A program made the translations under genes and the position numbers. The notes below the pieces were generated by a model that was given only the letters and a program-made list of their open reading frames with translations, had not been told where the DNA came from and made no database searches. Shown here in pieces: positions 48,136 through 56,747 of a stretch of 64,000 bases of DNA (positions are counted from its first letter, which is position 1; every line of letters starts with the position of its first letter). The stretch spans positions 41,347-105,346 of the forward strand of contig DATAPH010000029.1 of assembly GCA_036265325.1 (NCBI GenBank). Reading direction: 5' to 3'. The DNA comes from Actinomycetota bacterium. Lineage in GTDB: Bacteria; Actinomycetota; UBA4738; HRBIN12.

Positions 48136-48259
48136 CCCTTCGCTACCCGGAACCAGGTAGTGGATTCCCCCCTGGGCAACGCATACGGTCCTGCTCCCGC
48201 TCGACCGATACAGGGCTGGACGCTCCCCGCGCGGGGACCTCAAGACAGGAGATATCGGT

Positions 48260-50323
48260 ATGCGCGCACGTTCCATCCTGCTTCGCGTCGCCGTCGCGAC
48301 GAGCACGATCGCCGCCGTGACCCTCGGGTCCGGGATGGCGGCCCACGCGGCTCCCCCGGGCCTCTCGATCACCGATGTGACCCTGGCCGAAGGGAACAGC
48401 GGAACATCCTTGGCCACGTTCAAGATCAGCTACGCGGGGCCGGGCACCTCAGGCGTGACGGTCGACTACGCCACTGCGGATCAGACCGCCACCGCCGGGA
48501 GCGACTACGTGGCGAAGAGCGGCACCGCGATCCTGCCCAGCACCGGCTGCAAGTGCACGACCGTGAGCGTCACGATCAACGGCGACACGACGCCGGAGCT
48601 CAACGAGACCTTCGCCGTGAACCTCTCGAACCCCGTCGGCAAAGCGATCACCGACGGCCAGGGCATCGGCACCATCACGAACGACGACCAGCCCAACGCC
48701 ACGATCGACGACCCCTCGGTCTCGGAGAGCGGCGGCACGCTGACCTTCACCGTGACGCTCGACCAGAGTTCCCCGACCGACGCGGTGATGACGTACAGCA
48801 CGGCGGCGGTCACCGCCACGGACGGAAGCGACTACACGGGCGTCAGCGGAACCCTCACGATCACCGCGGGCCAAACCGAGGGAACGATCGGGGTGCCGAT
48901 CCTGGATGACGGTATCTACGAAGGCGACGAGGACCTCACGATGAACATCGTCGCGGTGTCGGGCGTGACCGTTGCAGACGCGCAGGGAGACGGCACGATC
49001 ACCGACGACGACGCGCAGCCGAACATCACGGTGGACGACCCCTCCGCACCGGAGAACGGCGGCCCGTTGACCTTCACGATCTCGCTCGACAACCCGGCGG
49101 GGGTCGACGTCAATGTCGACTACGCGACTTCCGACAACTCCGCGACGGACGGCGCCGACTACACCGGCGTCAGCGGCACCGCGACGATCCTCGCCGGCGC
49201 TACGACCACGACGGTCGACGTCCCGCTGCTGGACGACAGCATCTACGAAGGCGACGAGACCCTGAACCTGAACCTGTCCGGCGCCGTCCACGGCGTTGTC
49301 TCGAAGGCGCAGGGCCAGGGCACGATCACGGAGGACGACCCGATGCCGACGATCAGCGTCGACAACCCGACCGTGGGTGAAGGTGACGGCACCGCCACGT
49401 TCACGATCTCGTTGGACACCGCGGCGGCTGTCGACGTGAACGTCGACTACGCGACCTCGGACATCTCCGCGACGGACGGCGCCGACTACTCGGGCGTTTC
49501 AGGTACCGCGACCATCCTCGCGGGCGACACCACCACGACGGTCGATGTTCCCGTCCTGGACGACAGCACGTACGAAGGCGACGACACCTTCTCGCTTGAC
49601 CTGTCCAACGAAGTGAACGGAACCCTCGGCACCCCGTCGGGTACCGCGACGATCTCGGACGACGACCCGGCGCCCAACGTGGACATCGCCCCCGCGCAGG
49701 TGGACGAGGGCAACGCCGGGAGCACGCCGCTGGACTTCACCGTCTCCCTGTCGAACCCGAGCTTCGAGGACATCAAGGTCCACTACGCGACCTCGGACGG
49801 CACCGCAACCGCGGGCTCGGACTACGTGGCCACGTCGGGCACACTGACGATCCCGGCCGGGAACACCGTCGGCCAGGTCGAGGTGATGGTGAAGGGCGAC
49901 ACGACCTACGAGCCCAATGAGGACTTCACCGTGACGCTGTCCGGCCTCGTGGGCACGGCGAACCTGACCACCGACACCGCGACGGGCACGATCCGCAACG
50001 ACGACCTGCAGCCCGCCACGCTGACGATGAAGGTGGGCAAGACCCGCAAGAACGTTGGGGCGCGCGGTCTGCTCGAGCCGGCGTCGACCGGCAACCAGGT
50101 CACGATCACGCTGTCGAAGTACCGCCACGGAAAGTGGAAGACGGTCAGCACTAAGAAGGTGACCGTCAAGAAGATCGCCGACCGTGACCACGACGGGCTG
50201 CTCGACGCCACCTACGGGACGCGCTTCCCGAAGCCCGGGCACGGCCGATACCGCTTCACCGCGTCGTTCGGCGGCGACACCAACACCGCGGCCGCAGGCA
50301 AGGCGGTCAAGTTCAAGCTCTAA
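48260..50323 (+). CDS. Secreted protein with five tandem Calx-beta domains and a C-terminal Ig-like domain
   Basis: Signal peptide ending AHA/AP. Five units of about 109 aa each show V.Y.T.D.TA..G.DY....GT..I.AG......V....D...E..E.F...L. Confidence 0.85.
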   Translation: MRARSILLRVAVATSTIAAVTLGSGMAAHAAPPGLSITDVTLAEGNSGTSLATFKISYAGPGTSGVTVDYATADQTATAGSDYVAKSGTAILPSTGCKCTTVSVTINGDTTPELNETFAVNLSNPVGKAITDGQGIGTITNDDQPNATIDDPSVSESGGTLTFTVTLDQSSPTDAVMTYSTAAVTATDGSDYTGVSGTLTITAGQTEGTIGVPILDDGIYEGDEDLTMNIVAVSGVTVADAQGDGTITDDDAQPNITVDDPSAPENGGPLTFTISLDNPAGVDVNVDYATSDNSATDGADYTGVSGTATILAGATTTTVDVPLLDDSIYEGDETLNLNLSGAVHGVVSKAQGQGTITEDDPMPTISVDNPTVGEGDGTATFTISLDTAAAVDVNVDYATSDISATDGADYSGVSGTATILAGDTTTTVDVPVLDDSTYEGDDTFSLDLSNEVNGTLGTPSGTATISDDDPAPNVDIAPAQVDEGNAGSTPLDFTVSLSNPSFEDIKVHYATSDGTATAGSDYVATSGTLTIPAGNTVGQVEVMVKGDTTYEPNEDFTVTLSGLVGTANLTTDTATGTIRNDDLQPATLTMKVGKTRKNVGARGLLEPASTGNQVTITLSKYRHGKWKTVSTKKVTVKKIADRDHDGLLDATYGTRFPKPGHGRYRFTASFGGDTNTAAAGKAVKFKL
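49025..49678 (+). repeat. Two adjacent ~327-bp Calx-beta repeat units with long near-identical stretches
   Basis: Repeat 3 and repeat 4 share FTISLD..A.VDVNVDYATSD.SATDGADY.GVSGTATILAG.TTTTVDVP.LDDS.YEGD. Confidence 0.75.
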
Positions 50324-50349
50324 GACCCCAGGCGGGCTCGTCTGGAGCA

Positions 50350-50379
50350 GAAGGGGGCGCCCTGTGAGGCGCCCCCTTC
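50350..50379 (+). terminator. Perfect 12-bp GC hairpin after the Calx-beta gene
   Basis: GAAGGGGGCGCC-ctgtga-GGCGCCCCCTTC, located 26 nt after the stop. Confidence 0.55.
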
Positions 50380-50459
50380 GCGTGTCGGTGCTCGGCCTCA
50401 CCATCGGCATCGATGGACCTCTCCCGCCCCGCCGATCCGGGCTCAGCGGTGCTCGACCA

Positions 50460-50475
50460 TCGAACACATGTTCGG
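50460..50475 (+). promoter_or_regulatory. LexA operator TCGAACACATGTTCGG, abutting a TATGGT -10-like hexamer (50476-50481)
   Basis: 15 of 16 positions match TCGAAC-N4-GTTCGA. It lies upstream of the exonuclease/GIY-YIG gene. Confidence 0.7.
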
Positions 50476-50514
50476 TATGGTCCTCCTCTGTCTGCCTTCC
50501 CCACCCCTGCCCTG

Positions 50515-52203
50515 GTGCTGGACGGGCCGGTCCAGACCGTGCTCGGCGAGTCGATCCCGCTCGAGGACGTGTCGTTCGTCGTGGTCGACCTCGAGACAAC
50601 CGGCGGCTCGCCTGTCGATGACGCCATCACCGAGATCGGGGCGGTCCGGTTCGAAGGTGCGGAGCGCATCGGATCGTTCCAAACCCTCGTCGATCCCGAG
50701 CGGCCGATCCCGCCCGCGATCACGCACCTGACCGGCATCAGCGACCGGTCGGTGGCCGGCGCGCCCTCGCTCGCCACCGTGATGCCGTCGTTCCTGGAAT
50801 TCGCGCGTGGCGCGGTGATCGTCGCGCACAACGCGTCGTTCGACGTCGGGTTCCTCAACGCGAACCTGCTCCGCCTCGATTACCCGACGCTCCCCGCTCC
50901 CGCAGTGTGCACCGCCAAGCTGGCGCGTCGGCTCGTCTGGCCTGAGGTTCCGAACGTGCGGCTGCGGACGCTCGCCGGCTACTTCCGCACGCGGGTGCAG
51001 CCAACGCACCGGGCGTTGCAGGACGCCGAGGCCACCGGCGAGGTGCTGCAAGGATTGCTCGACGTCGGGCATCACCTCGGCATCCATACGCTCGGCGAGC
51101 TGTATCACGCTTGCAGCGCCCGAGGCCGCCCGAACTTCGCGAAGATCGCGCTGGCCGAGGACCTGCCGCGTGCGCCGGGCGTCTATGTGTTTCGCGACCG
51201 CAACGACCAGATCCTGTACGTCGGTAAGGCCAAGGACCTGCGCGCCCGGGTGAAGTCCTATTTCTACGGCGACGAGCGCAAGAAGGTGCAGGACCTCGTC
51301 GCGTCGGTCGCGCGGATCGACGCGATCGCGACGCATGGCGAGCTCGAAGCGCTGGTCCTCGAGAGCCGCCTCATCGCGCGCCACCTCCCTCGGTTCAACG
51401 CGCACGGAAAGCGATGGCGCCGGTACGCGTTCCTCAAGCTCGACCCGAGCGAGGCGTGGCCACGATGGAAGGTCGCGCGGAGCGCCGACCCGGACGACGG
51501 CGCCGTGTACCTCGGACCGTTCGGATCGTCGGGTCGCGCGACGCTCGCGAAAGAGGCGCTGGAGGAGGCGTTCCCCATCAGGCGGTGCACGCGATCGATG
51601 GGCCGCCGGACGCGGTTCGCGCCGTGTGCGCTCGCAGACATGGGGCGATGCCGTGCGCCGTGCGACGGTCGCGTCGAGCCGGGCGTCTACCGCGCGATCG
51701 TCGACGCGATGCTCGCGAGTCTCGAGACGCCGGACGAGCTCGTGCGTCTGCTCGATGCGCGGATGGCAGCGCTGGCCGGGCAAGAACGCTTCGAAGAGGC
51801 GGCGCTGGCGCGAGACCGGCTTCGCGCACTCGCGGAAGCGCTGCAGCGTGCTCGCCACGATCGGTGGCTCGCGGGTGGGCGGTTGTCGATCGGCGCGGCG
51901 TCGGGTGCTCGGTTCGACCTGATCGGTGGCGCGTTGTGCTGTGAAGACCCCGCGGAGATCGCCTCCGCCGCGCCTATCGGAACGCCGGCGCCTCGCGACC
52001 GTGCCGACGAGCTCGCGGTCGTGCGCTCGTGGCTCCGGCGTCACCCCGGTCGGGTCCTCGCCTGCGACGACGCGCCCGCCGAACCGGTCGCAGGTGGCCG
52101 CGAGCTCGCCGACGTCCTCACGCGGATCCGCGCGGCAGACGATCCACGCTCGGACGGTCGCACCGCACAGGCGCGCCCGGGTCAACGCCGAAGCCGCCGG
52201 TAA
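50515..52203 (+). CDS. DEDDh exonuclease (DnaQ-like) fused to a GIY-YIG (UvrC-like) nuclease domain. The start is uncertain: GTG 50515, GTG 50539 or track ATG 50413.
   Basis: FVVVDLETTGG...VAHNASFD...HRALQDAEAT, then PGVYVFRDRNDQILYVGKAKDLRARVKSYF. ATG 50413 would put the operator and the -10 element inside the CDS. Confidence 0.85.
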   Translation: MLDGPVQTVLGESIPLEDVSFVVVDLETTGGSPVDDAITEIGAVRFEGAERIGSFQTLVDPERPIPPAITHLTGISDRSVAGAPSLATVMPSFLEFARGAVIVAHNASFDVGFLNANLLRLDYPTLPAPAVCTAKLARRLVWPEVPNVRLRTLAGYFRTRVQPTHRALQDAEATGEVLQGLLDVGHHLGIHTLGELYHACSARGRPNFAKIALAEDLPRAPGVYVFRDRNDQILYVGKAKDLRARVKSYFYGDERKKVQDLVASVARIDAIATHGELEALVLESRLIARHLPRFNAHGKRWRRYAFLKLDPSEAWPRWKVARSADPDDGAVYLGPFGSSGRATLAKEALEEAFPIRRCTRSMGRRTRFAPCALADMGRCRAPCDGRVEPGVYRAIVDAMLASLETPDELVRLLDARMAALAGQERFEEAALARDRLRALAEALQRARHDRWLAGGRLSIGAASGARFDLIGGALCCEDPAEIASAAPIGTPAPRDRADELAVVRSWLRRHPGRVLACDDAPAEPVAGGRELADVLTRIRAADDPRSDGRTAQARPGQRRSRR

Positions 52204-52204
52204 C

Positions 52205-53386
52205 ATGGCGTCCATGCGAACCGCGGTGATCCTCGAGGGCGCACGCACGCCGATCGGCAAGTTCCTCGGCTCCTACGCCGACACAACCGCGGTCGAGCTC
52301 GGCACGATCGCCGCCGTCGAGGCGATGCGCCGCGCCGACGTGGCCCCCGAGCAGATCGACCAGACGATCATGGGCCACGCGCGCCAGGCCGGGAACGGTC
52401 CGAACACGGGACGGCAGGTCTCGATACGAGCCGGCATCCCGCAGGAGGTCTCCGGCTACAACGTCAACATCGCGTGCGGCTCGGGCATGAAGGCCGTGCA
52501 GCTCGGCGCACAGCAGATCGCTCTCGGCGACAGCGATGTCGTGCTCGCCGGCGGGATGGAGAACATGACCCGCGTCCCGTTCCTGCTGCCGGACATGCGC
52601 CTCGGCCACCGACTCGGCAACACCGAGGTCGTCGACGCGATGTACCGCGACGGCCTCCTCGATCCGCTCTGCGACCTGATCATGGGTGAAACCGCCGAAA
52701 ACCTCGTCGATCGGTACGGCATCTCGCGCGTGGAGCAGGATGCATTCGCTCTCGAGTCACAGCAGAAGGCCGCCTCGGCGGCCGATCGGCGCGCCGACGA
52801 GATGGTCCCCGTCGAGGTTCGCGACGGCAAGCAGCAGCGAATGGTGACGGCCGACGAGCACCCGCGGCCCGAGACCACTATGGAGACGCTCGCCAGCCTT
52901 CCACCGGTCTTCCGCGAAGGCGGCAGCGTGACCGCCGGCAACTCGAGCGGGCTCACCGACGGTGGCGCGGCGATGGTCCTGATGGACGAAGACCGAGCCA
53001 AGGCGGAGGGGCGCACGCCGCTCGCGCGGATCATCGGATGGAGCTGGGCCGGCGTGCCTCCAGAGATCATGGGGATCGGCCCGGTGCCGGCGACGCAGAG
53101 GGTGCTCGAGCGCACCGGCCTGACGATGGCCGACATCGACCTCATCGAGATCAACGAGGCGTTCGCCGCGCAGGTTATCGCCTGCGAACGCGACCTCAAG
53201 TTCGACCGAGACAAGGTGAACGTCCGGGGCGGCGGCATCAGCCTCGGTCATCCCATCGGGATGAGTGGCGCACGGATCATCCTCGCGCTCGCCTACGAGA
53301 TGCGCCGCGCAGGCGCCTCGCTCGGCCTCGCCACGCTCTGCATCAGCGGCGGGCAGGGCCTCGCCGTCGTGCTCGAGCAAACGTAG
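52205..53386 (+). CDS. Acetyl-CoA C-acetyltransferase (thiolase II)
   Basis: RTPIGKFLGS, active-site NIACGSGMKAV, NEAFAAQ, GGGISLGHPIG and CISGGQG. Confidence 0.9.
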   Translation: MASMRTAVILEGARTPIGKFLGSYADTTAVELGTIAAVEAMRRADVAPEQIDQTIMGHARQAGNGPNTGRQVSIRAGIPQEVSGYNVNIACGSGMKAVQLGAQQIALGDSDVVLAGGMENMTRVPFLLPDMRLGHRLGNTEVVDAMYRDGLLDPLCDLIMGETAENLVDRYGISRVEQDAFALESQQKAASAADRRADEMVPVEVRDGKQQRMVTADEHPRPETTMETLASLPPVFREGGSVTAGNSSGLTDGGAAMVLMDEDRAKAEGRTPLARIIGWSWAGVPPEIMGIGPVPATQRVLERTGLTMADIDLIEINEAFAAQVIACERDLKFDRDKVNVRGGGISLGHPIGMSGARIILALAYEMRRAGASLGLATLCISGGQGLAVVLEQT

Positions 53387-53749
53387 TCAGCCGTCCCCGG
53401 GCCACTCGACCCGGACGAGCCACGCAGTCCGGCTCCATCGATCCAGATCCTCCGCGTCCCCGGCTTGGTACTTCGCGGCCATCGCGGTCCGGACCCACGC
53501 GTTCGCCGGATCGTCGGCGCTCACCGGGGCGCAGGTCGTGGTGCGGGTCTCCCCAGCGATCTCGAGCGTGACCGAGGGATCGGCGACGAGGTTCCGGTAC
53601 CAATCTGCTCGATCGCTGTCCGACATCAGATACGCGCCGTCGTCGTGGCCGACGAACCAGATCTCGATCCGATGCGGCGCCCCGGTCCGGCGGCCGCGGG
53701 TCGTGAGGTAGCAGAACTCGGTCGCCGCCAGCGCGCCGATCGACGTCAC
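53387..53749 (-). CDS. Deazaflavin (F420)-dependent nitroreductase-family protein (DUF385-like)
   Basis: LTTRGRRTGAPHRIEIWF...ADWYRNLVADPSVTLEI; 120 aa; GTG start. Confidence 0.75.
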   Translation of the reverse strand: MTSIGALAATEFCYLTTRGRRTGAPHRIEIWFVGHDDGAYLMSDSDRADWYRNLVADPSVTLEIAGETRTTTCAPVSADDPANAWVRTAMAAKYQAGDAEDLDRWSRTAWLVRVEWPGDG

Positions 53750-53844
53750 AGACCGAAGAAGGCCCAGGCGAGCAGCGCGCCGATCACGACGATCGCCGCG
53801 ATCAGGAAGATGAGGTCGCCGCGCTTGATCTTGCCCGGCTGCAT
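53746..53844 (-). CDS. Candidate 32-aa single-TM peptide (below the ORF-track cutoff)
   Basis: MQPGKIKRGDLIFLIAAIVVIGALLAWAFFGL. Its TGA overlaps the GTG of the downstream gene (GTGA). Confidence 0.35.
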   Translation of the reverse strand: MQPGKIKRGDLIFLIAAIVVIGALLAWAFFGL

Positions 53845-53863
53845 CGCGTTGAAGCCCACGGCG

Positions 53864-54151
53864 TTACCCCTGCTTGATCAGATTCTTGCCGAGCGCGGTG
53901 ATCGCGGCTTGGATCTTGCCCTGCACCGAGCCCCCGTCGACCGTGAACGCCGGCGCCATCGCGGCGATGTCCTCGAGCGCCTGTTCCAGCCGCGTCCCGG
54001 CCTCCTCTGCGTTCTGCATCGCCTCGACCAGCACGACGGCATAGTCGGCGTTGAACGGCTCGCCGTCCCACGGGCATCGCCCCCCCGACGCACCGACCTG
54101 CTCGAAGAAGAACTCGCGTCCGCAGCGCTTGCACGTTCCCTTGATCTTCAC
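53864..54151 (-). CDS. Hypothetical 95-aa zinc-ribbon-like protein (start moved to GTG 54151)
   Basis: [33 protein letters not shown] followed by a helical tail. GTGA overlap with the receiver-gene stop. Confidence 0.55.
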   Translation of the reverse strand: MKIKGTCKRCGREFFFEQVGASGGRCPWDGEPFNADYAVVLVEAMQNAEEAGTRLEQALEDIAAMAPAFTVDGGSVQGKIQAAITALGKNLIKQG

Positions 54152-54573
54152 ACCCGTTCCTCCTCCGGCACGAGCCCGCGAGCCGCGAGCAGCTCCCACA
54201 GGCGGTCCGCGACCGCGAACGGGTCGGCGGGCTTCACGTACCACGCGTCGGCGCCGGACCACGAGGCGAGCCACGCGTCGTGGGTGCGTTCGAGCAACAC
54301 GACGATGACGCCCGTGTACGGATCCTGCGCGTCGCGCAGCGATCGCGCGAGCGCGAACGCGCCCATCCGCGACGCGAGTTCGTCGGCGACGACGATGTCC
54401 GGACGGTCGCGAAGCGCCGCTCGGAGCGCAAGTTCGCCGTTGGCCGCGGCCCGGAACCGGAGGTCCTCCCCCAGTCGCCGCTCGATGCTGCGGATCGTGA
54501 GGGCCATCAGCTCCCGCGTCCGAGGATCGGGCGACATGAGGAGGGCTTCCACGCGCGCGAGGCTACCACGCAC
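54148..54573 (-). CDS. Stand-alone response-regulator receiver-domain protein (acidic pocket partly degenerate)
   Basis: CheY-like pattern: ...[20 protein letters not shown]...VIVVLL...ADAWYVKP. The usual N-terminal DD is replaced by SPD. Confidence 0.6.
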   Translation of the reverse strand: MRGSLARVEALLMSPDPRTRELMALTIRSIERRLGEDLRFRAAANGELALRAALRDRPDIVVADELASRMGAFALARSLRDAQDPYTGVIVVLLERTHDAWLASWSGADAWYVKPADPFAVADRLWELLAARGLVPEEERV

Positions 54574-54663
54574 ACTCTACGTCGCACCGTGGACGTCGTT
54601 GCCCCGCAAAGCGCTCTCGGCTACGGTGGGCGCCGCACGGCTTCCATCCAAGGGGGGAACAGG

Positions 54664-55350
54664 TTGGACACCATCGGGAAGGCCGCGGTCGCCGAATTCA
54701 TCGGGACCTTCGCGCTGATCTTCTTCGGAGCGGGCGCGATCATCATGACGCAGAACGGAGACCTCGTCGCGATCGCGCTCGCCCACGGGCTCGCCATCGC
54801 GATCATGGTCTCGATCATGGCGCACATCTCCGGCGGCGTGTTCAACCCCGCGATCCAGATCGCACTGTGGGTTACCGGCAAGATGCCGACCGGTCGCTCT
54901 GCCGTCTATATCGTCGCCGAGCTGCTCGGCGGCGTGGCGGCGGCGTTCTTCTTGAAGTACATCGGACCGACGCCGGCCTTCGACGCGGTGCACGGCGGCA
55001 TCCCTGCAGTCGCCTCCGGGTTCGCGGTCGGCAAGGCGGTCGTCCTCGAGGCGATGCTTACGTTCTTCCTCGTCTGGGCGGTGTTCGGCACGGCGGTCGA
55101 CGACCGCAGCGGCGCGTTCGCGCGGACGGCAGGGTTCACCATCGGGCTCGTGATCACCATCGACATCTTCGTCGGCGGCGCGCTGACCGGTGCGGCGATG
55201 AACCCGGCACGTTGGTTCGGTCCGGCCGTCGCGACCAGCGACTACACCAACTGGTGGGTGTACATCGTCGGTCCGATCGCCGGCGGCATCATCGCCGGCG
55301 TCGCGTACTGGTACCTCTTCCTGCGGGGCCGCGAACCCGCGACCCCCTGA
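54664..55350 (+). CDS. MIP-family channel (aquaporin/glycerol facilitator), TTG start
   Basis: Two NPA boxes ([23 protein letters not shown]). AAGGGGGG lies upstream of TTG 54664. The 128 upstream track codons are shadow. Confidence 0.85.
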   Translation: MDTIGKAAVAEFIGTFALIFFGAGAIIMTQNGDLVAIALAHGLAIAIMVSIMAHISGGVFNPAIQIALWVTGKMPTGRSAVYIVAELLGGVAAAFFLKYIGPTPAFDAVHGGIPAVASGFAVGKAVVLEAMLTFFLVWAVFGTAVDDRSGAFARTAGFTIGLVITIDIFVGGALTGAAMNPARWFGPAVATSDYTNWWVYIVGPIAGGIIAGVAYWYLFLRGREPATP

Positions 55351-55372
55351 GCGAGGGAACCCGTTCCCTCGC
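55351..55372 (+). terminator. Hairpin immediately after the aquaporin stop
   Basis: GCGAGGGAAC-cc-GTTCCCTCGC, effectively an 8-9 bp stem. Confidence 0.4.
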
Positions 55373-55385
55373 GGAACGGACGGAG

Positions 55386-56573
55386 ATGGCCGACCTGTTT
55401 CTCGACGCCGGCAGCGGCATCCCGATCGCGCCGGCGGCGCGGGAGGCGATGCTCGCCGCGCTCGACGCGGTCGGTGACCCGCTGCAGATCACGGCACCCG
55501 GCCGCGCCGCCCGCGCGGTCCTGGAGACCGCCCGAAGCGCAGTTGCCGACACGATCGGCGCTCAGCCCGACGAGGTCGTCTTCACCTCCGGCGGCACCGA
55601 ATCGATCGCACTCGCGATCGATGGGGTGACGTCGGCGGTCCGCGGCAGCACGGTGGTCACCAGCGCGATCGAACATCCGGCGGTCACGGCAACGATCGGC
55701 CGACTAGCGGGCCGTGGCATCACGACCAAGGCGATCGGAACCGATGCCGACGGCCGCGTCGACCTCGACAGGTTCGCCGCCGCGGTTCGCGCGCCAGGCG
55801 TCGCCCTGGCCACGATCCACCATGGCAACCACGAGCTCGGGACGATGCAGCAGATCGGTGAGGCGGCGCGACTCGCGCACGCTGGAGGCGTGCCGTTTCA
55901 CACCGACGCGGTGCAGACGGTCGGCCGACTGCCGATCGACGTCCGGGCGCTCGAGGTTGATCTGCTCACGATGTCGGGCCACACCTTCGGCGGCCCGTCC
56001 GGCGTTGGCGCCCTCTACGTGCGGCGCGGAGTCGAACTGGCGCCGGTGCTGCTGGGCGATGACCGCGAGGGTGGACGTCGCGCGGGCACGCCGAACCTCC
56101 CGGGGATCGCGGGGATGGGGGCTGCACTCACGGCGACCCACGCGACGATGGCCGACGACGCGGCCACCGCGTGGACGCTCACCGCGACGCTGCGCGACCG
56201 GATCGCGGCTCGCGTCCCCGGCGCGACGGTCCACGGCCATCCGACTCACCGCGTGCCGCACCTCGTGTGCTTCTCCGTCGCCGGCCTCGACGCCGCGACG
56301 CTCGCGATGGCTCTCGACGACCGTGGTGTCCACCTCGGCGTGGGGTCACCCGCCACCGGCCGGCCCGAAGACCCCTCCCCCGTGCTGGCGCAGCTCGGCC
56401 ATCCCGAGACGCCCTCGTTCCGGATCGGCGTCACGCCTGCCACGAGCGACGACGACGTCGCGCGCTGTGTGCACGTGCTGGAGGAAGCCGCCGGGGAGCT
56501 CGAGATCGTCGCGCGTGGCGCCGCAGACGCCATGGCGCGGTTCCAACCGCCGGACGCCGGGACGGATACGTGA
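55386..56573 (+). CDS. Cysteine desulfurase (NifS/IscS-like class V aminotransferase)
   Basis: [12 protein letters not shown]...[15 protein letters not shown]...HTDAVQ...[19 protein letters not shown]. Confidence 0.85.
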   Translation: MADLFLDAGSGIPIAPAAREAMLAALDAVGDPLQITAPGRAARAVLETARSAVADTIGAQPDEVVFTSGGTESIALAIDGVTSAVRGSTVVTSAIEHPAVTATIGRLAGRGITTKAIGTDADGRVDLDRFAAAVRAPGVALATIHHGNHELGTMQQIGEAARLAHAGGVPFHTDAVQTVGRLPIDVRALEVDLLTMSGHTFGGPSGVGALYVRRGVELAPVLLGDDREGGRRAGTPNLPGIAGMGAALTATHATMADDAATAWTLTATLRDRIAARVPGATVHGHPTHRVPHLVCFSVAGLDAATLAMALDDRGVHLGVGSPATGRPEDPSPVLAQLGHPETPSFRIGVTPATSDDDVARCVHVLEEAAGELEIVARGAADAMARFQPPDAGTDT

Positions 56574-56743
56574 GCGACGGCAAGGGATGGTTGCCTGCGC
56601 CCGTTCTCATGGTCGTCGGCGGCGCACTCGGAGCGGCGATCGGCTCGAGCGGCGGTCGCAACGCGACCGGGTTCGCGGCGGGACTCGTGCTGGGCGCTGC
56701 GCTCGGGTGGGCGGCGTCGTTGATCCGCGGGCGCAAGCCCTGA
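56570..56743 (+). CDS. Candidate 57-aa glycine-zipper membrane peptide
   Basis: [29 protein letters not shown]...[24 protein letters not shown] overlap with the desulfurase stop. Confidence 0.4.
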   Translation: MSDGKGWLPAPVLMVVGGALGAAIGSSGGRNATGFAAGLVLGAALGWAASLIRGRKP

Positions 56744-56747
56744 CGGA

